Under the pieces are notes generated by a model. It saw nothing but the letters and a program-made list of their open reading frames with translations. It was not told the DNA's origin and searched no databases. From Tannerella sp. (lineage in GTDB: Bacteria > Bacteroidota > Bacteroidia > Bacteroidales > Tannerellaceae), in the NCBI GenBank assembly GCA_031285565.1, contig JAITVY010000048.1, forward strand, positions 2,276 to 66,275: a DNA stretch of 64,000 nucleotides, written 5' to 3'. Within the stretch, counting starts at the first letter, position 1, and each line of letters opens with the position of its first letter. Shown here piece by piece: positions 19,553 to 31,145 of the stretch. The position numbers and the translations under genes are program-made.

Positions 19553-21377
19553 AACAAAATATTTATACGAAGGCCGACAGTATGTCATCATAGGCATAGT
19601 TATAGTTGTCGTTTTTATTTTTATTGTCCGTTTGTTTTATTTGCAGGTGATTGATAGTGAATATAAAAGCTGGGCAGATAGCAATGCTTTTCTCAAAAAA
19701 ACATTATATCCTAAAAGAGGTGTTATTTATGACCGGAATGAAAACCTGTTAGTTTATAACCGGCCGGCTTACGATGTAATGTTAATTATGCGTGAGGTGC
19801 AGCCTTTTGATACACTTGATTTTTGTAATACGCTTGGTATTACAAAAGAATATTTTAATTATCGTATTGCAACGCTTAAAACTACTGCAGGTTATTCACC
19901 TTATGTACCCCAGGCGTTTATGACTCAACTTTCTACGGATGAATATGGAGTGTTGCAGGAAAAATTGTATAAATACCCGGGGTTTTATATTCAGGACCGA
20001 ACGATACGGGAATATACATATCCGAATGCCGCATTGCTTTTGGGTGATATCGGACAAGTAAACCAGAGGGATATAGAAAATGATGCATATTATGTAAGAG
20101 GTGATGATTCCGGCCGGTCAGGGGTAGAACGCTCATATGAGAACGCTTTAAGAGGGGAAAAGGGAGTCGAGGTATTATTGCGGGATGCACATGGCCGTAT
20201 TAAAGGACGATACGAAAATGGCATACATGATGTCTCTCCGGTAGCAGGTAAAAATCTGCAGTTGTCAATTGATATCGAATTGCAGGCTTATGCGGAGAAG
20301 CTTATGCAGAATAAGTTAGGTAGTGTGGTGATGATAGAACCGGAAACCGGTGAAGTGTTATGTCTGGTATCTGCTCCATCCTATGACCCAAATTTATTAG
20401 TTGGCCGTCAACGCGGAAAAAATCATCAGATCTTGGAGGAAGATCCTTTATTACCATTGCTCGATCGTTCTATTATGGGGACATATTCTCCCGGTTCTAC
20501 ATATAAACTGGCACAGGGACTTGTGTTTCTCCAGGAAGAGGTTATTACTCCTCAAAAAATGTATACCTGTGCTCATGGATATACTTTTCGGGGAGGGAAG
20601 CCGGCATGTCATGGACATGCTTCTCCATTGGCTTTACTCCCGGCGATTGCAACATCATGTAACTCTTATTTTTGTTGGGGATTACATGAAATGCTGGATA
20701 GTCGCAAGCGATATCCGACCGTGCAGGATGCGTTTGAGGTTTGGAAGAATCATATGGTTTCGATGGGGTATGGTTATCAGTTAGGGATTGATTTGCCTGG
20801 TGAGAAAAGAGGATATATCCCTAACAGCAAGGTTTATGATAAAATTTATAGCGGTAGATGGAATTCCAGTACGATTATTTCCATTGCTATCGGCCAGGGA
20901 GAAATAAGTGCAACGCCTCTCCAGATAGCCAATATGGCAGCAACGATTGCCAATAGAGGATATTATATTGTACCTCACGTGGTAAAAGAAGTTGAAGGGG
21001 GTGAGCTCGATTCTATATATACGAATAAAAAATGGACTACGATTGATAAACGTTATTATGGTTATGTAGCAGAAGGTATGCGGAATGCTGTTCTTGGAGG
21101 AACCTGCAGAGCTTTAAATATGAAAGATGTTGAAGTTTGCGGAAAAACAGGAACCGTTGAAAATACACATGGACGTGATCACTCTGCCTGTGTGTCTTTT
21201 GCACCTTATGACAAACCTAAGGTTGCCATAGCTGTATATGTTCAAAACGGAGGTTTCGGAGCAACGAATGCTATACCTATTGCTCGTTTGATGTTGGAGA
21301 AATTCTTTTATGGAGAAGTTTCGAGTGAAACCAAATATCTCGAACAAAGAGTATTGGAAACGGTAATATTGCCATGA
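19539..21377 (+). CDS. mrdA: Penicillin-binding protein 2
   Basis: RGVIYDRN, PGSTYK (SxxK), SCN and KTG motifs. Confidence 0.96.
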   Translation: METPKTKYLYEGRQYVIIGIVIVVVFIFIVRLFYLQVIDSEYKSWADSNAFLKKTLYPKRGVIYDRNENLLVYNRPAYDVMLIMREVQPFDTLDFCNTLGITKEYFNYRIATLKTTAGYSPYVPQAFMTQLSTDEYGVLQEKLYKYPGFYIQDRTIREYTYPNAALLLGDIGQVNQRDIENDAYYVRGDDSGRSGVERSYENALRGEKGVEVLLRDAHGRIKGRYENGIHDVSPVAGKNLQLSIDIELQAYAEKLMQNKLGSVVMIEPETGEVLCLVSAPSYDPNLLVGRQRGKNHQILEEDPLLPLLDRSIMGTYSPGSTYKLAQGLVFLQEEVITPQKMYTCAHGYTFRGGKPACHGHASPLALLPAIATSCNSYFCWGLHEMLDSRKRYPTVQDAFEVWKNHMVSMGYGYQLGIDLPGEKRGYIPNSKVYDKIYSGRWNSSTIISIAIGQGEISATPLQIANMAATIANRGYYIVPHVVKEVEGGELDSIYTNKKWTTIDKRYYGYVAEGMRNAVLGGTCRALNMKDVEVCGKTGTVENTHGRDHSACVSFAPYDKPKVAIAVYVQNGGFGATNAIPIARLMLEKFFYGEVSSETKYLEQRVLETVILP

Positions 21378-22822
21378 TGTATAATAAAAGGGGGAATGTA
21401 TGGATGTCGGTAGATTGGTTTACGATCTGCTTATATATGCTGATGGTTGTTGCCGGTTGGTTTAGTATTTGCGGTGCAAGCTATGAATACGATGCTACTA
21501 ACTTATTTGATCCGTCGGGACGTCCCGGACAACAGTTGATCTGGATCGGGAGTGCTTTGTTTCTTGTGTTTGTCATTCTTATGTTGGACAAAGACTTTTT
21601 TGAGACATTTTCCTATATCATATATTGTGTTATTTTGGCATTATTGATTGCCACGATATTTCTTGCACCGGATATAAAGGGATCACGTTCTTGGCTGGTG
21701 TTAGGCCCTTTACGTCTACAGCCGGCTGAATTTGCGAAGTTTGCTACTGCATTGGCTTTGGCTAAATTAATGAGTGGCTATTATTTTTCTATTTATTCAT
21801 TCAAGAATATTTCGCTTGTCATTTTGTTGATTTTAACGCCCATGCTTTGCATCTTACTACAGAAGGAAACCGGTTCGGCATTGGTATTTGTGGCGTTCGG
21901 ATTAATGCTTTATCGTGAAGGAATGTCTGGTTTTCTTTTGTTGGCGAGTATCTGTGCAGTGACATTTTTTGTGATTGTAATGAAATTCGGAGATGATGTG
22001 ATCGGGACTACTCCTGTTGGCGAACTTGTTGTTTCGAGCATTGTGCTTGTCATTTCGATACTGTTGGTTTTATTTCTCCGGAGAGATCGGTTGGCTGTAA
22101 GGGTTATGATCTATTTAACCGTTTTATCTCTTCTGGCTGCTTTTATTACTTCACTTTATATGCCGGTTAATTTTGTACTGGTAATTGTGGGTATTATAAT
22201 GTTCATATCACTCATTCTAATATTCTTATCACTTAAAAACTTAGCTTGGCATTATGTATTGATAGCATTGTTCGCTATTTTTTCAGTTGCATTTATGTTT
22301 TCGGTAAATTATGTATTTGAGGATGTACTTGAGCCTCATCAACAAACACGTATCCGGGTTTCACTGGGTTTGGAGGATGATCCCAGCGGAGCAGGATATA
22401 ATGTCAACCAATCAAAGATCGCGATTGGTTCCGGTGGTTTAATAGGCAAAGGTTTTTTAAATGGTACTCAAACAAAATTAAAATATGTACCTGAGCAGGA
22501 TACCGATTTTATATTCTGCACTGTAGGTGAAGAATTCGGTTTTGTCGGTTCGGTTGCCGTTTTATTGCTTTTTACAACATTGATAATCCGGTTGATTTTT
22601 CTGGCGGAAAGACAAGATACGGCATACGGACGGGTTTATGGGTATTGCGTTGCTTCCATCTTTCTATTTCATGTATTGATTAATATTGGGATGGTTATCG
22701 GATTAACTCCTGTGATTGGTATACCGCTGCCTTTCTTTAGTTACGGAGGTTCTGCCCTATGGGGTTTTACGATTTTATTGTTTGTGTTTTTAAGGCTTGA
22801 CGCCAGTCGTAAAGAAGGATAA
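21374..22822 (+). CDS. rodA: Rod shape-determining protein RodA
   Basis: QPAEFAK, QSKIAIGSGG, PEQDTDFIF, GIPLPFFSYGGS. Confidence 0.96.
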   Translation: MMYNKRGNVWMSVDWFTICLYMLMVVAGWFSICGASYEYDATNLFDPSGRPGQQLIWIGSALFLVFVILMLDKDFFETFSYIIYCVILALLIATIFLAPDIKGSRSWLVLGPLRLQPAEFAKFATALALAKLMSGYYFSIYSFKNISLVILLILTPMLCILLQKETGSALVFVAFGLMLYREGMSGFLLLASICAVTFFVIVMKFGDDVIGTTPVGELVVSSIVLVISILLVLFLRRDRLAVRVMIYLTVLSLLAAFITSLYMPVNFVLVIVGIIMFISLILIFLSLKNLAWHYVLIALFAIFSVAFMFSVNYVFEDVLEPHQQTRIRVSLGLEDDPSGAGYNVNQSKIAIGSGGLIGKGFLNGTQTKLKYVPEQDTDFIFCTVGEEFGFVGSVAVLLLFTTLIIRLIFLAERQDTAYGRVYGYCVASIFLFHVLINIGMVIGLTPVIGIPLPFFSYGGSALWGFTILLFVFLRLDASRKEG

Positions 22823-22825
22823 AGC

Positions 22826-23314
22826 TTATTCTTTTTCTATTACCTTTTCGATACGTACTCCTATTTCTTCAATTCCCTGGAGATTACTATCTCGCATACC
22901 CTGGCGGATACTGAATGTATATTGGCTTTTGTATGGGAATTTATAGGTAGTCCGTATAGGTATACTTTGGTGAAAAATAGACATTCCTGTTCCGTACCAT
23001 TTGCCAAAATCATCTGCCAGTGTACACTCGATTGTATCACGCCAAATAGGTCCAACCGGTTGTTCTTCAGTACAAAATAGCCAAAGGTTTTGGTAAGGAT
23101 ATGAATTGTTATTGCGTATTTCTACAGAGAGGTTGTATAAAGAAGAATTGTCTTCTATTTCAAATGTGAAATAGAACTCTTTTTCTTTTTCCCATTTTTC
23201 ATCAATTATCTGGTATTGATTATAGAAGTCTGTACTTGTACAGGAAAAACAAAACAGGCACAGACTAACAGAAAAGATGATTGCTTGTAATTTCTCTTTT
23301 GTAGAGAACCTCAT
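22826..23314 (-). CDS. gldH: GldH-family lipoprotein
   Basis: Lipobox FSC, RNNNSYPYQNLWL, DTIECTLAD..GKWYG, QGMRD. Confidence 0.88.
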   Translation of the reverse strand: MRFSTKEKLQAIIFSVSLCLFCFSCTSTDFYNQYQIIDEKWEKEKEFYFTFEIEDNSSLYNLSVEIRNNNSYPYQNLWLFCTEEQPVGPIWRDTIECTLADDFGKWYGTGMSIFHQSIPIRTTYKFPYKSQYTFSIRQGMRDSNLQGIEEIGVRIEKVIEKE

Positions 23315-23323
23315 TTTCGAAAG

Positions 23324-24541
23324 TCAGTTTTTAGATTGTTTATTATTACGTTTCTTATTATTATGAGAACGTTCCTGATTCTCTTTGTTATTTTGTGTCA
23401 TACGAGGTGATGGATCATTTGTGCTTTTGCCATTATTTTGATTCCGGTTTCCCGTATGATGTTTCTTTTTTTTCTTTTTAATATTGTCGAAGCGATTAAC
23501 ATTGTCATCAAGTATATCATGTGAATCGCGTTTTGGCGTTTGTTCCGTATTTTCAATATTCAGCGTATCTGGTTTAATACCTTTTTTATTGAGGTTAATT
23601 ATTTCAAATGCACGTTGGGATGAAATGGTCACCAGATTTGCTGCAATAATTCTATCTGTAGAATATGTAATCTCTTTCTTGAATAGATCCGTTTTAAAAT
23701 GATAATAGGTATTGTCTTTTGTATCAAGTGTGATCTTCCGTGAAGGCAACTGTTTCTGTGCTTCTACGTATGCATCTACTTCATAATTGAAACAACATTT
23801 AAGCTTTGCACATTGACCTGCCAATTTTTGAGGATTCATGGAAATATCCTGAAACCGGGCTGCATCAGTTGCTACTGATATGAAATTTGTCATCCATGAA
23901 CAACAACATAATTCCCGTCCGCAAGGACCAATCCCACCGATTCGTCCAGCTTCCTGACGGGCACCGATCTGCTTCATTTCAATACGAACCCGGAATGTTT
24001 CAGCCAGCACTTTAATTAATTGCCTGAAATCTACACGTTCATCTGCGATATAGTAAAAAATAGCTTTATTGCCGTCTCCCTGATATTCAACATCTCCGAT
24101 TTTCATGTTTAATCCGAGATCGGTTGCAATTTGCCGTGAACGAATCATTGTTTCGTGTTCTTTTAATTTGGCTTCATTGCATTTATCTATATCAGATTGC
24201 TTGGCTATGCGGTATATGCGTTTGATGTTTGATTCATCATTTCTGACGTTGTTTTTGCGCATTTGCAGAAGAACCAGTTTTCCTGTTAAAGTGACTGTTC
24301 CAATATCATGCCCGGGATTGGCTTCTACAGCAACCATGTCTCCTTTTTCCAAAGGAATTTTTTCATCGTTCAGATAGTAGCCTTTTCGGGTGTTTTTGAA
24401 TTGTACTTCTACATAATTGGTTGCATTTTCAGCATCAGGAATGTCACATAACCAATCATGCGTAGAAAGCTTTTGATCATATTTTTTACAACATCCTTTT
24501 CTTTCCAGCGGACAACCTCCTGTATTTTGCACAAACTTCAT
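23324..24541 (-). CDS. PSP1 / RicT (YaaT)-family Fe-S protein
   Basis: VDFRQLIK, RIEMKQIGARQEA..IGGIGPCGRELCC, KLAGQCAKLKCC. Confidence 0.92.
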   Translation of the reverse strand: MKFVQNTGGCPLERKGCCKKYDQKLSTHDWLCDIPDAENATNYVEVQFKNTRKGYYLNDEKIPLEKGDMVAVEANPGHDIGTVTLTGKLVLLQMRKNNVRNDESNIKRIYRIAKQSDIDKCNEAKLKEHETMIRSRQIATDLGLNMKIGDVEYQGDGNKAIFYYIADERVDFRQLIKVLAETFRVRIEMKQIGARQEAGRIGGIGPCGRELCCCSWMTNFISVATDAARFQDISMNPQKLAGQCAKLKCCFNYEVDAYVEAQKQLPSRKITLDTKDNTYYHFKTDLFKKEITYSTDRIIAANLVTISSQRAFEIINLNKKGIKPDTLNIENTEQTPKRDSHDILDDNVNRFDNIKKKKKKHHTGNRNQNNGKSTNDPSPRMTQNNKENQERSHNNKKRNNKQSKN

Positions 24542-24558
24542 CGTCTTAGTAATATGAA

Positions 24559-25746
24559 TTACTTTATTAAGTTGTGTTTCTTGAAAATTTTATGGATTGC
24601 TTCCAGCGCGAAATCTACCTGCTCTTTTTTATGCGTAGCTATCAATGAGAAACGGATTAATGTGTCCTGAGGGAAAACGGCAGGAGTTACAACCGGATTG
24701 ACAAATATGCCTTCATCAAACAATTCTTTTACAATAAGGAATGTAAGATCATTGTCACGGATAAAGAGTGGGATGATAGGAGTGGAAGTATTTCCGATTT
24801 CGCATCCCATACTACGGAATCCGTTCAGTGCATAATTCGTTATATCCCAAAGCCTGTCGATTCGTTCCGGTTCGCTTAGCATAATATCAAGTGCAGCATC
24901 TGCTGCTGCGACAGCCGCCGGTGTACAACTGGCGCTGAATATGTAAGAACGTGCATTGTGACGCAAGTAATTAATAGTATCTTTATCTGCAGCAATAAAT
25001 CCTCCCAGTGAAGCAAATGATTTGCTGAAAGTACCCATAATAAGGTCTACGTCGTTTGTAACGCCAAAATGGTTGCAGGTTCCTCTTCCATGATTACCCA
25101 ATACACCGATACCATGTGCTTCATCTACCATGATGTTAGCATTGTATTTTTTTGCCAGGCGTACAATCTCGGGTAGATTGGCAACATCGCCTTCCATACT
25201 GAAGACACCATCCATTACAATAAGCTTTATCCTGTCTGATTCACATTTTTGGAGTTGCTTTTCGAGCGACTCCATGTCATTGTGCTTATATTTTAATTTC
25301 GTAGAATACGACAAACGATGGCCTTCAATAATAGATGCATGATTTAATTCATCCCATATAATATAGTCTTCGCGTCCTGTCATACATGGAACAACACCCA
25401 GGTTTACCTGAAATCCCGTAGAGAAAGTAATCGCATCTTCTTTGCCAACGAATTCAGCTAAACGTTCTTCCAGTTTTACATGTATATCTAACGTCCCGTT
25501 CAGAAAACGTGATCCTGCACAACCTGTACCATATTTTTTTATGGCATTAATAGCCGCTTCTTTTACTTTAGGATGATTTGTTAGTCCTAAATATGCATTG
25601 GATCCGAACATTAAAACCCTTTTTCCTCCGATGAGAACCTCTGTGTCCTGATCGCTGTCTATTTCTCGGAAATAAGGATATATACCGGCATCTTTAGCTT
25701 TTTGTGGAGCGTCATATTTTGCTAGTTTATCTCTTAATAAGTTCAT
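24559..25746 (-). CDS. spt: Serine palmitoyltransferase (AONS-family PLP enzyme)
   Basis: GIYPYFR, FGSNAYLGL, GSRFLNGT, DGVFSMEGD, GTFSKS. Start ATG 25746 preferred; 25812 is possible. Confidence 0.85.
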   Translation of the reverse strand: MNLLRDKLAKYDAPQKAKDAGIYPYFREIDSDQDTEVLIGGKRVLMFGSNAYLGLTNHPKVKEAAINAIKKYGTGCAGSRFLNGTLDIHVKLEERLAEFVGKEDAITFSTGFQVNLGVVPCMTGREDYIIWDELNHASIIEGHRLSYSTKLKYKHNDMESLEKQLQKCESDRIKLIVMDGVFSMEGDVANLPEIVRLAKKYNANIMVDEAHGIGVLGNHGRGTCNHFGVTNDVDLIMGTFSKSFASLGGFIAADKDTINYLRHNARSYIFSASCTPAAVAAADAALDIMLSEPERIDRLWDITNYALNGFRSMGCEIGNTSTPIIPLFIRDNDLTFLIVKELFDEGIFVNPVVTPAVFPQDTLIRFSLIATHKKEQVDFALEAIHKIFKKHNLIK

Positions 25747-25960
25747 ATTTTTAGTTGCGAGGTTATCAACCTCAGCCTCTTTAGTCAACTTGGATAGAGT
25801 CAATACATTCATAATTTTGCAAATTCACCTGCAAAAGTATGAAAAAAAATGGGATATACCTATTTATTTTTTGATTTGAATGTAAACTGTCATTTTTTTA
25901 ATAAAAGGGGCTGTTCGGTGTCTTTTATTCATTGATTTAAGCAGTAAAGGATAAACCGTA

Positions 25961-26668
25961 TTATAAATAGAAATCCTTTGTTAATATTTGATATTCTTCC
26001 GTACGTTGATTTCGGGTTTGCTCAAGCGTCAGATCTTCCGGGATAGAATAAATGTTTTGAGGAGAAAGCTCTGCCAGTAAACGTTTGGGCTGTCCTCCGG
26101 CAGTCGGAATTACATTTGTCTGGCGTATACAATAGAGTTTATTCAGGGTTGCATAATGTAATAGTTTGTCTTTTTCATGATAAGGCAAAATTAAAGCAAT
26201 TCGTCCATGAGCGGATAAAAGAGAACAGCTGACGTTTATTAATTCAGGGAGTGATAAAGCATCATTATGGCGTGCCAGATTTCTCTTTTTCTCAGGACTT
26301 TTTAGGGAATCTGTAAAATAAGGTGGATTTGATACGATTAAATCATATGGCGTTTTGATTGTTTTTGCAAATGACTGGAAAGATGAATGCCGGATAGTGA
26401 TTTGTTTTGAAAAAAGCGAGTTCTTAACATTTTCTGATGCTTGTGTACAGGCATCTATGTCAATGTCTATTGCATCAATGACTGCATCTTTGTTGCGTTG
26501 GGCTATCATTAAAGCAATTAAACCGGTTCCGGTTCCGATATCCAGGATCCTTTTGCAGGAAGAAACATCTGCCCAGGCTCCCAGTAAGGTGCCGTCAGTT
26601 CCTACCTTCATGGCGCACTTGTCCTGATATATTGTAAATTGTTTGAATTGAAAATATGGATTAGGCAT
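25961..26668 (-). CDS. tRNA1(Val) adenine(37)-N6-methyltransferase (YfiC/TrmM family)
   Basis: FQFKQF, AMKVGTDG.LLGAW, LDIGTGTG, SNPPYF. Confidence 0.92.
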   Translation of the reverse strand: MPNPYFQFKQFTIYQDKCAMKVGTDGTLLGAWADVSSCKRILDIGTGTGLIALMIAQRNKDAVIDAIDIDIDACTQASENVKNSLFSKQITIRHSSFQSFAKTIKTPYDLIVSNPPYFTDSLKSPEKKRNLARHNDALSLPELINVSCSLLSAHGRIALILPYHEKDKLLHYATLNKLYCIRQTNVIPTAGGQPKRLLAELSPQNIYSIPEDLTLEQTRNQRTEEYQILTKDFYL

Positions 26669-26825
26669 TGTATTCTGTTAATTCGTTTAATTGTTGATTT
26701 GTGTATGCAAATATAAATATAAGGACATTGTATTTGAAATTATCTAAGATTAGTTTATCCTATATTTCCCCATAAATAAAGTAATTTGTATCTTTGTGAT
26801 CCTATTTTATGCTACAGACAAATTT

Positions 26826-29318
26826 ATGGATAAGAAAAATAAGAAAACATTATATTTAAAAGAAAACGTAGAAGAACTGGACGATGCTGTCGGTATCGTA
26901 ATGCCTATCTTAATGGAATGTGACAAAGACGAGGACTTTTCAGAAGGACTGGAGAAGGTTGGCGAGGAGCTTCCTATATTATCTTTGCGAAATATGGTGT
27001 TGTTTCCGGGGGTGGCAATGCCTGTGATTGTTGGTCGTTTAAAGTCGATGAAATTGATTAAGGATGCCAGTCATAAAAAAGTAATGATTGGTGTTACCTG
27101 TCAGAAAGAAACAGAAATTGAAGATCCGGGATATGATGATTTATATACGATTGGTGTTGTAGCAGAGATTCTTCGCGTACTCGAAATGCCGGATGGGTCG
27201 ACTACAGCTATTTTGCAGGGAAAGAGGCGTTTCCTTTTACATGAATTGACGAAAACGGAACCATATCTGGTGGGTCGCATCTCTTTATTGGAAGATAAGT
27301 TGCCGCGTAAAAATGATCGTGAATTTGAGGCATTAACTTCCACGATTAAGGATTTGACCATTAAAATGCTAACGACTACGGGAGAACCTCCTAAGGATTT
27401 GATTTTTTCCATTCGTAACAATCAGAATCTCCAATATCTGATCAATTTCGCATGTTGCAATATTTTATCCGATGCTTCGGAAAAACAGGAACTGTTGTCT
27501 ATAAGTAATCTGAAAGATCGGGCTTATCGTTTACTGTTTATTTTAAATCGTGAATACCAGTTGATTGAATTGAAGGCCTCTATTCAGATGAAGACGCATG
27601 AAGATATCAATAAACAACAACGGGAATATTTTTTGCAGCAGCAGATCAAAGCCATCCAGGAAGAATTGGGTGGGAGTATGAACGATTTGGAAATAAAAGA
27701 GTTACGGGCGAAAGCGACAAAAAAGAAATGGCCGAAAGAAGTTGCAGAAGTTTTTAATAAAGAATTAAATAAGCTGGAACGACTACATCCGCAATCGCCG
27801 GATTACTCGATGCAGTTTCAATATGTACAGACTATTATTGCTCTTCCCTGGAATGAATATAGCAAAGATGACTTTAATCTGAAACGTGCGCAGCGAATTC
27901 TGGACCGGGATCATTTTGGTATGGAAAAGGTGAAAGACCGTATTATTGAGCATTTGGCTGTACTAAAACTGACTAAAGATATGCGTTCACCGATTATTTG
28001 TTTGTATGGCCCTCCCGGAGTAGGAAAAACCTCATTAGGTAAATCGATCGCTGAAGCTTTAAAGCGCAAATATGTGAGGGTCTCGTTGGGTGGATTACAT
28101 GATGAAGCAGAAATCAGGGGACATCGTAGGACATATATCGGTGCTATGGCCGGACGAATTATTCAAAATTTGCAAAAAGCCGGTACTTCTAATCCGGTTT
28201 TTGTATTAGATGAGATCGATAAAGTTGGTGCGGATTTTAAAGGCGATCCGGCTTCTGCATTATTAGAAGCATTGGATCCCGAACAGAATAATGCGTTTCA
28301 TGATAATTATCTTGATATTGATTACGACTTGAGTAAGATTATGTTTATCGCAACAGCGAATAATCTGAATACGATATCGCAGCCATTGCTGGATCGCATG
28401 GAACTAATAGAGGTAAGTGGTTATATTATTGAGGAAAAAATGGAGATTGCGATTCGCCATTTAATTCCGAAACAGATGGAAATACATGGAATACCAAAAG
28501 ACCGTGTGAAATTTCATCGTTCAACGGTCCGTGAAATCGTGAGTTCGTATACCCGTGAAAGCGGAGTACGTGAATTAGAAAAGAAAATAGCCAAAATAAT
28601 GCGTCGGCTAGCTCGTAAACTGGCATCGGATGAGCAGATACCGACTCTCATGAAAGTAGAACATTTACAGGAATATCTGGGCCCTGTTGAATATACACGT
28701 GATAAATATCAGGGAAATGATTATGCCGGTGTTGTAACAGGATTGGCCTGGACTGCTGTCGGAGGTGAAATCTTATTTGTAGAATCTAGTTTGAGCCGGG
28801 GTAAAGGCTCCAAATTAACGATAACGGGAAATCTGGGTGATGTGATGAAAGAATCGGCGGTTATCGCATTAGAATATGTACATGCGCATGCACAACATTT
28901 TGATATAAAAGAAGATTTATTTGAAAATTGGAATGTACATGTTCATGTTCCGGAAGGAGCTATACCTAAAGATGGGCCGAGTGCGGGTATCACAATGGTA
29001 ACATCATTGGTTTCAACATTTACGCAACGAAAAGTTAAAAGTAATCTGGCCATGACCGGCGAAATCACATTGCGTGGTAAAGTCTTGCCGGTGGGAGGAA
29101 TAAAAGAAAAAATTCTGGCAGCTAAACGTGCCGGGATTAAAGAAATTATCCTGTCAAAGGAAAATGAAAAGGATGTAAATGAGATCAAAGCCGAATATGT
29201 GGCAGGTTTGAAATTCCATTATGTGGATGACATCAAACAAGTCATAGATATAGCTATTCTGAATGAAAAAGTGAGCGATCCGATTGTCTTTGAACCGAAA
29301 CAGAATGACAACAATTAG
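26826..29318 (+). CDS. lon: ATP-dependent protease La
   Basis: GPPGVGKT and the catalytic [11 protein letters not shown] 26826 is preferred because the -7 box TATCTTTG (26789-26796) overlaps the track's GTG. Confidence 0.97.
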   Translation: MDKKNKKTLYLKENVEELDDAVGIVMPILMECDKDEDFSEGLEKVGEELPILSLRNMVLFPGVAMPVIVGRLKSMKLIKDASHKKVMIGVTCQKETEIEDPGYDDLYTIGVVAEILRVLEMPDGSTTAILQGKRRFLLHELTKTEPYLVGRISLLEDKLPRKNDREFEALTSTIKDLTIKMLTTTGEPPKDLIFSIRNNQNLQYLINFACCNILSDASEKQELLSISNLKDRAYRLLFILNREYQLIELKASIQMKTHEDINKQQREYFLQQQIKAIQEELGGSMNDLEIKELRAKATKKKWPKEVAEVFNKELNKLERLHPQSPDYSMQFQYVQTIIALPWNEYSKDDFNLKRAQRILDRDHFGMEKVKDRIIEHLAVLKLTKDMRSPIICLYGPPGVGKTSLGKSIAEALKRKYVRVSLGGLHDEAEIRGHRRTYIGAMAGRIIQNLQKAGTSNPVFVLDEIDKVGADFKGDPASALLEALDPEQNNAFHDNYLDIDYDLSKIMFIATANNLNTISQPLLDRMELIEVSGYIIEEKMEIAIRHLIPKQMEIHGIPKDRVKFHRSTVREIVSSYTRESGVRELEKKIAKIMRRLARKLASDEQIPTLMKVEHLQEYLGPVEYTRDKYQGNDYAGVVTGLAWTAVGGEILFVESSLSRGKGSKLTITGNLGDVMKESAVIALEYVHAHAQHFDIKEDLFENWNVHVHVPEGAIPKDGPSAGITMVTSLVSTFTQRKVKSNLAMTGEITLRGKVLPVGGIKEKILAAKRAGIKEIILSKENEKDVNEIKAEYVAGLKFHYVDDIKQVIDIAILNEKVSDPIVFEPKQNDNN

Positions 29319-29384
29319 AGGTAGGTTACTTTGTTAATTCGCGTATGAGTTAGTTTGTTTAAAACAAATCAATGTATTCACGAT

Positions 29385-31081
29385 TTAATCAATAGTCAGG
29401 TCGAATTCATCCCTGAGTTTATCCAATAACGGATTGATATTGTTCAGATGTTCGTACTTTTCGGTTGAGGTATATGCCAGTTTTTTTTCATTTGTTTCGT
29501 CAATACGAATCAATATCTGAATATTAGAATTTTTAAGCTGGGTTCGTAATACCTGAAGTAATTCTATGCAACAACTTGCCAATTCATCTTTTTGTACAGG
29601 GTTATGTACAGAAACTTCGAATTGGTAGTTTTCTTTTAATACAGGCTGGCAATTGAGCATTGTGTTTTTTAAATGTGCCTGCTTTTCTAGTTTTTCTGCA
29701 TATAAATTCCAGCAACGCACTAAATCCTCTTGGCTGAATGGATTCTCATCCTTCGTTTTATTAAGTTCATATGCCTGTATTGGTTCTGAAGCAGTCGAAT
29801 CCTTTTTTATCAGATCTTTAAAAGAAGTGCTTTTGGGTAAACGCTTGACATTATTAGCCCCGGTATTTTTGTTTTCTTCCTGTTTAGGGCTTGGTGAAGA
29901 AACGTTTAAAGTAGGTGTTGTGGTTGATTGAGGCACATCAGTAATGGGCCTAATTAAGTTTTTTTTTTATCTCCCGTTGAAGGATCTGTCTCTGTTAATT
30001 GACAAAGTTGGATGAGAGTTAATTCAAGCAATAAACGTTTATTACGGCTTTCACGATAATTTAAATCACAATTGTTTGCTAACTCAATAGCCTTATAGAG
30101 TAGCCCGTCCGGACACTGTTTCGCTGTTTCTTTATAGCGGTCACGGATTGAAGCCCCGACTTCAAATAAGACCAACGTACTCTCATCCTTGCAAACGAGC
30201 AAGTCCCGGAAATGTGAAGCTAATCCGGTAATAATATGTTGTCCGTCAAATCCTTTTTCAAGTATTTCATTTAAAAGCAACATGCAATTACGGATTTCAC
30301 CTTTTAAAATGGCATCGGTAATCCGGAAGTAATATTCATAATCAAGTACATTCAGATTTTCAATAACGGATTGGTAAGTTATGTTACCACTTGTGTAACT
30401 AACTACCTGATCGAAAATGGAAAGGGCATCGCGCATTCCGCCGTCAGCCTTTTGAGCAATGATGTTTAGTGCATCAATCTCGGCCGTTACATTTTGGCTG
30501 GAGGCAACATATTGCAAATGATCTACAACATCGGCAACCGATATACGCGAAAAATCATATACCTGGCAACGTGATAAAATGGTTGCCAATATTTTATGCT
30601 TTTCGGTAGTTGCCAAAATAAATATAGCATGATGAGGAGGTTCTTCCAATGTTTTCAGGAATGCATTAAATGCAGCCTGACTTAACATATGAACTTCATC
30701 AATGATATATACTTTATATTTGCCGATTTGCGGAGGAATCCGAACCTGATCTATTAATGAACGAATGTCTTCTACGGAATTATTTGAAGCTGCATCTAGT
30801 TCATGAATGTTGAGTGAACGTTGTTCGTTAAATGATTGACATGATTCACATTCATTGCAGGCTTCACCGGTCGGAGTCAGATTCATACAATTAATGGTCT
30901 TGGCAAAGATACGTGCGCATGAAGTTTTTCCTACTCCCCGCGGACCACAAAAAAGATAAGCATGCGCTAACTTATTATTCAGAATCGCATTCTTTAGTGT
31001 AGTGGTTAGTGATTTTTGTCCAACAACATTTTCAAACGTTGTTGGCCTGTATCTTCTTGCTGAAACGATATAATTGTCCAT
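29385..31081 (-). CDS. dnaX: DNA polymerase III subunit gamma/tau, encoded in two frames joined at an A10 run
   Basis: ORF 31081-29954 has SARRYRP, GPRGVGKT and IIDEVHMLS and ends GDKKKT*. The -1 frame continues from the A10 run as KKKNLIRPITDVPQ... into ORF 29936-29385, which resembles the Bacteroidetes tau C-terminus (EKYEHL...NPLLDKLRDEFDL). Confidence 0.9.
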
Positions 31082-31098
31082 TATTTTGAATCTTCAGA

Positions 31099-31127
31099 CA
31101 AAGATATGATTTTTTTTTCTACTTTTG
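31099..31127. promoter_or_regulatory. Back-to-back housekeeping promoters of dnaX and ftsB
   Basis: TATCTTTG on the minus strand (31099-31106) and TACTTTTG on the plus strand (31120-31127). Confidence 0.65.
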
Positions 31128-31145
31128 CATAAATCCGCAGTAACT

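Noticed and set aside
22826-23314. gldH as evidence of gliding motility
   Set aside because: GldH homologues next to PSP1 and rodA are common in non-motile Bacteroidales.
29385-29936. Stand-alone 183-aa hypothetical protein, or a dnaX pseudogene
   Set aside because: Better explained as the recoded C-terminal part of DnaX, which is normally essential and is otherwise intact.
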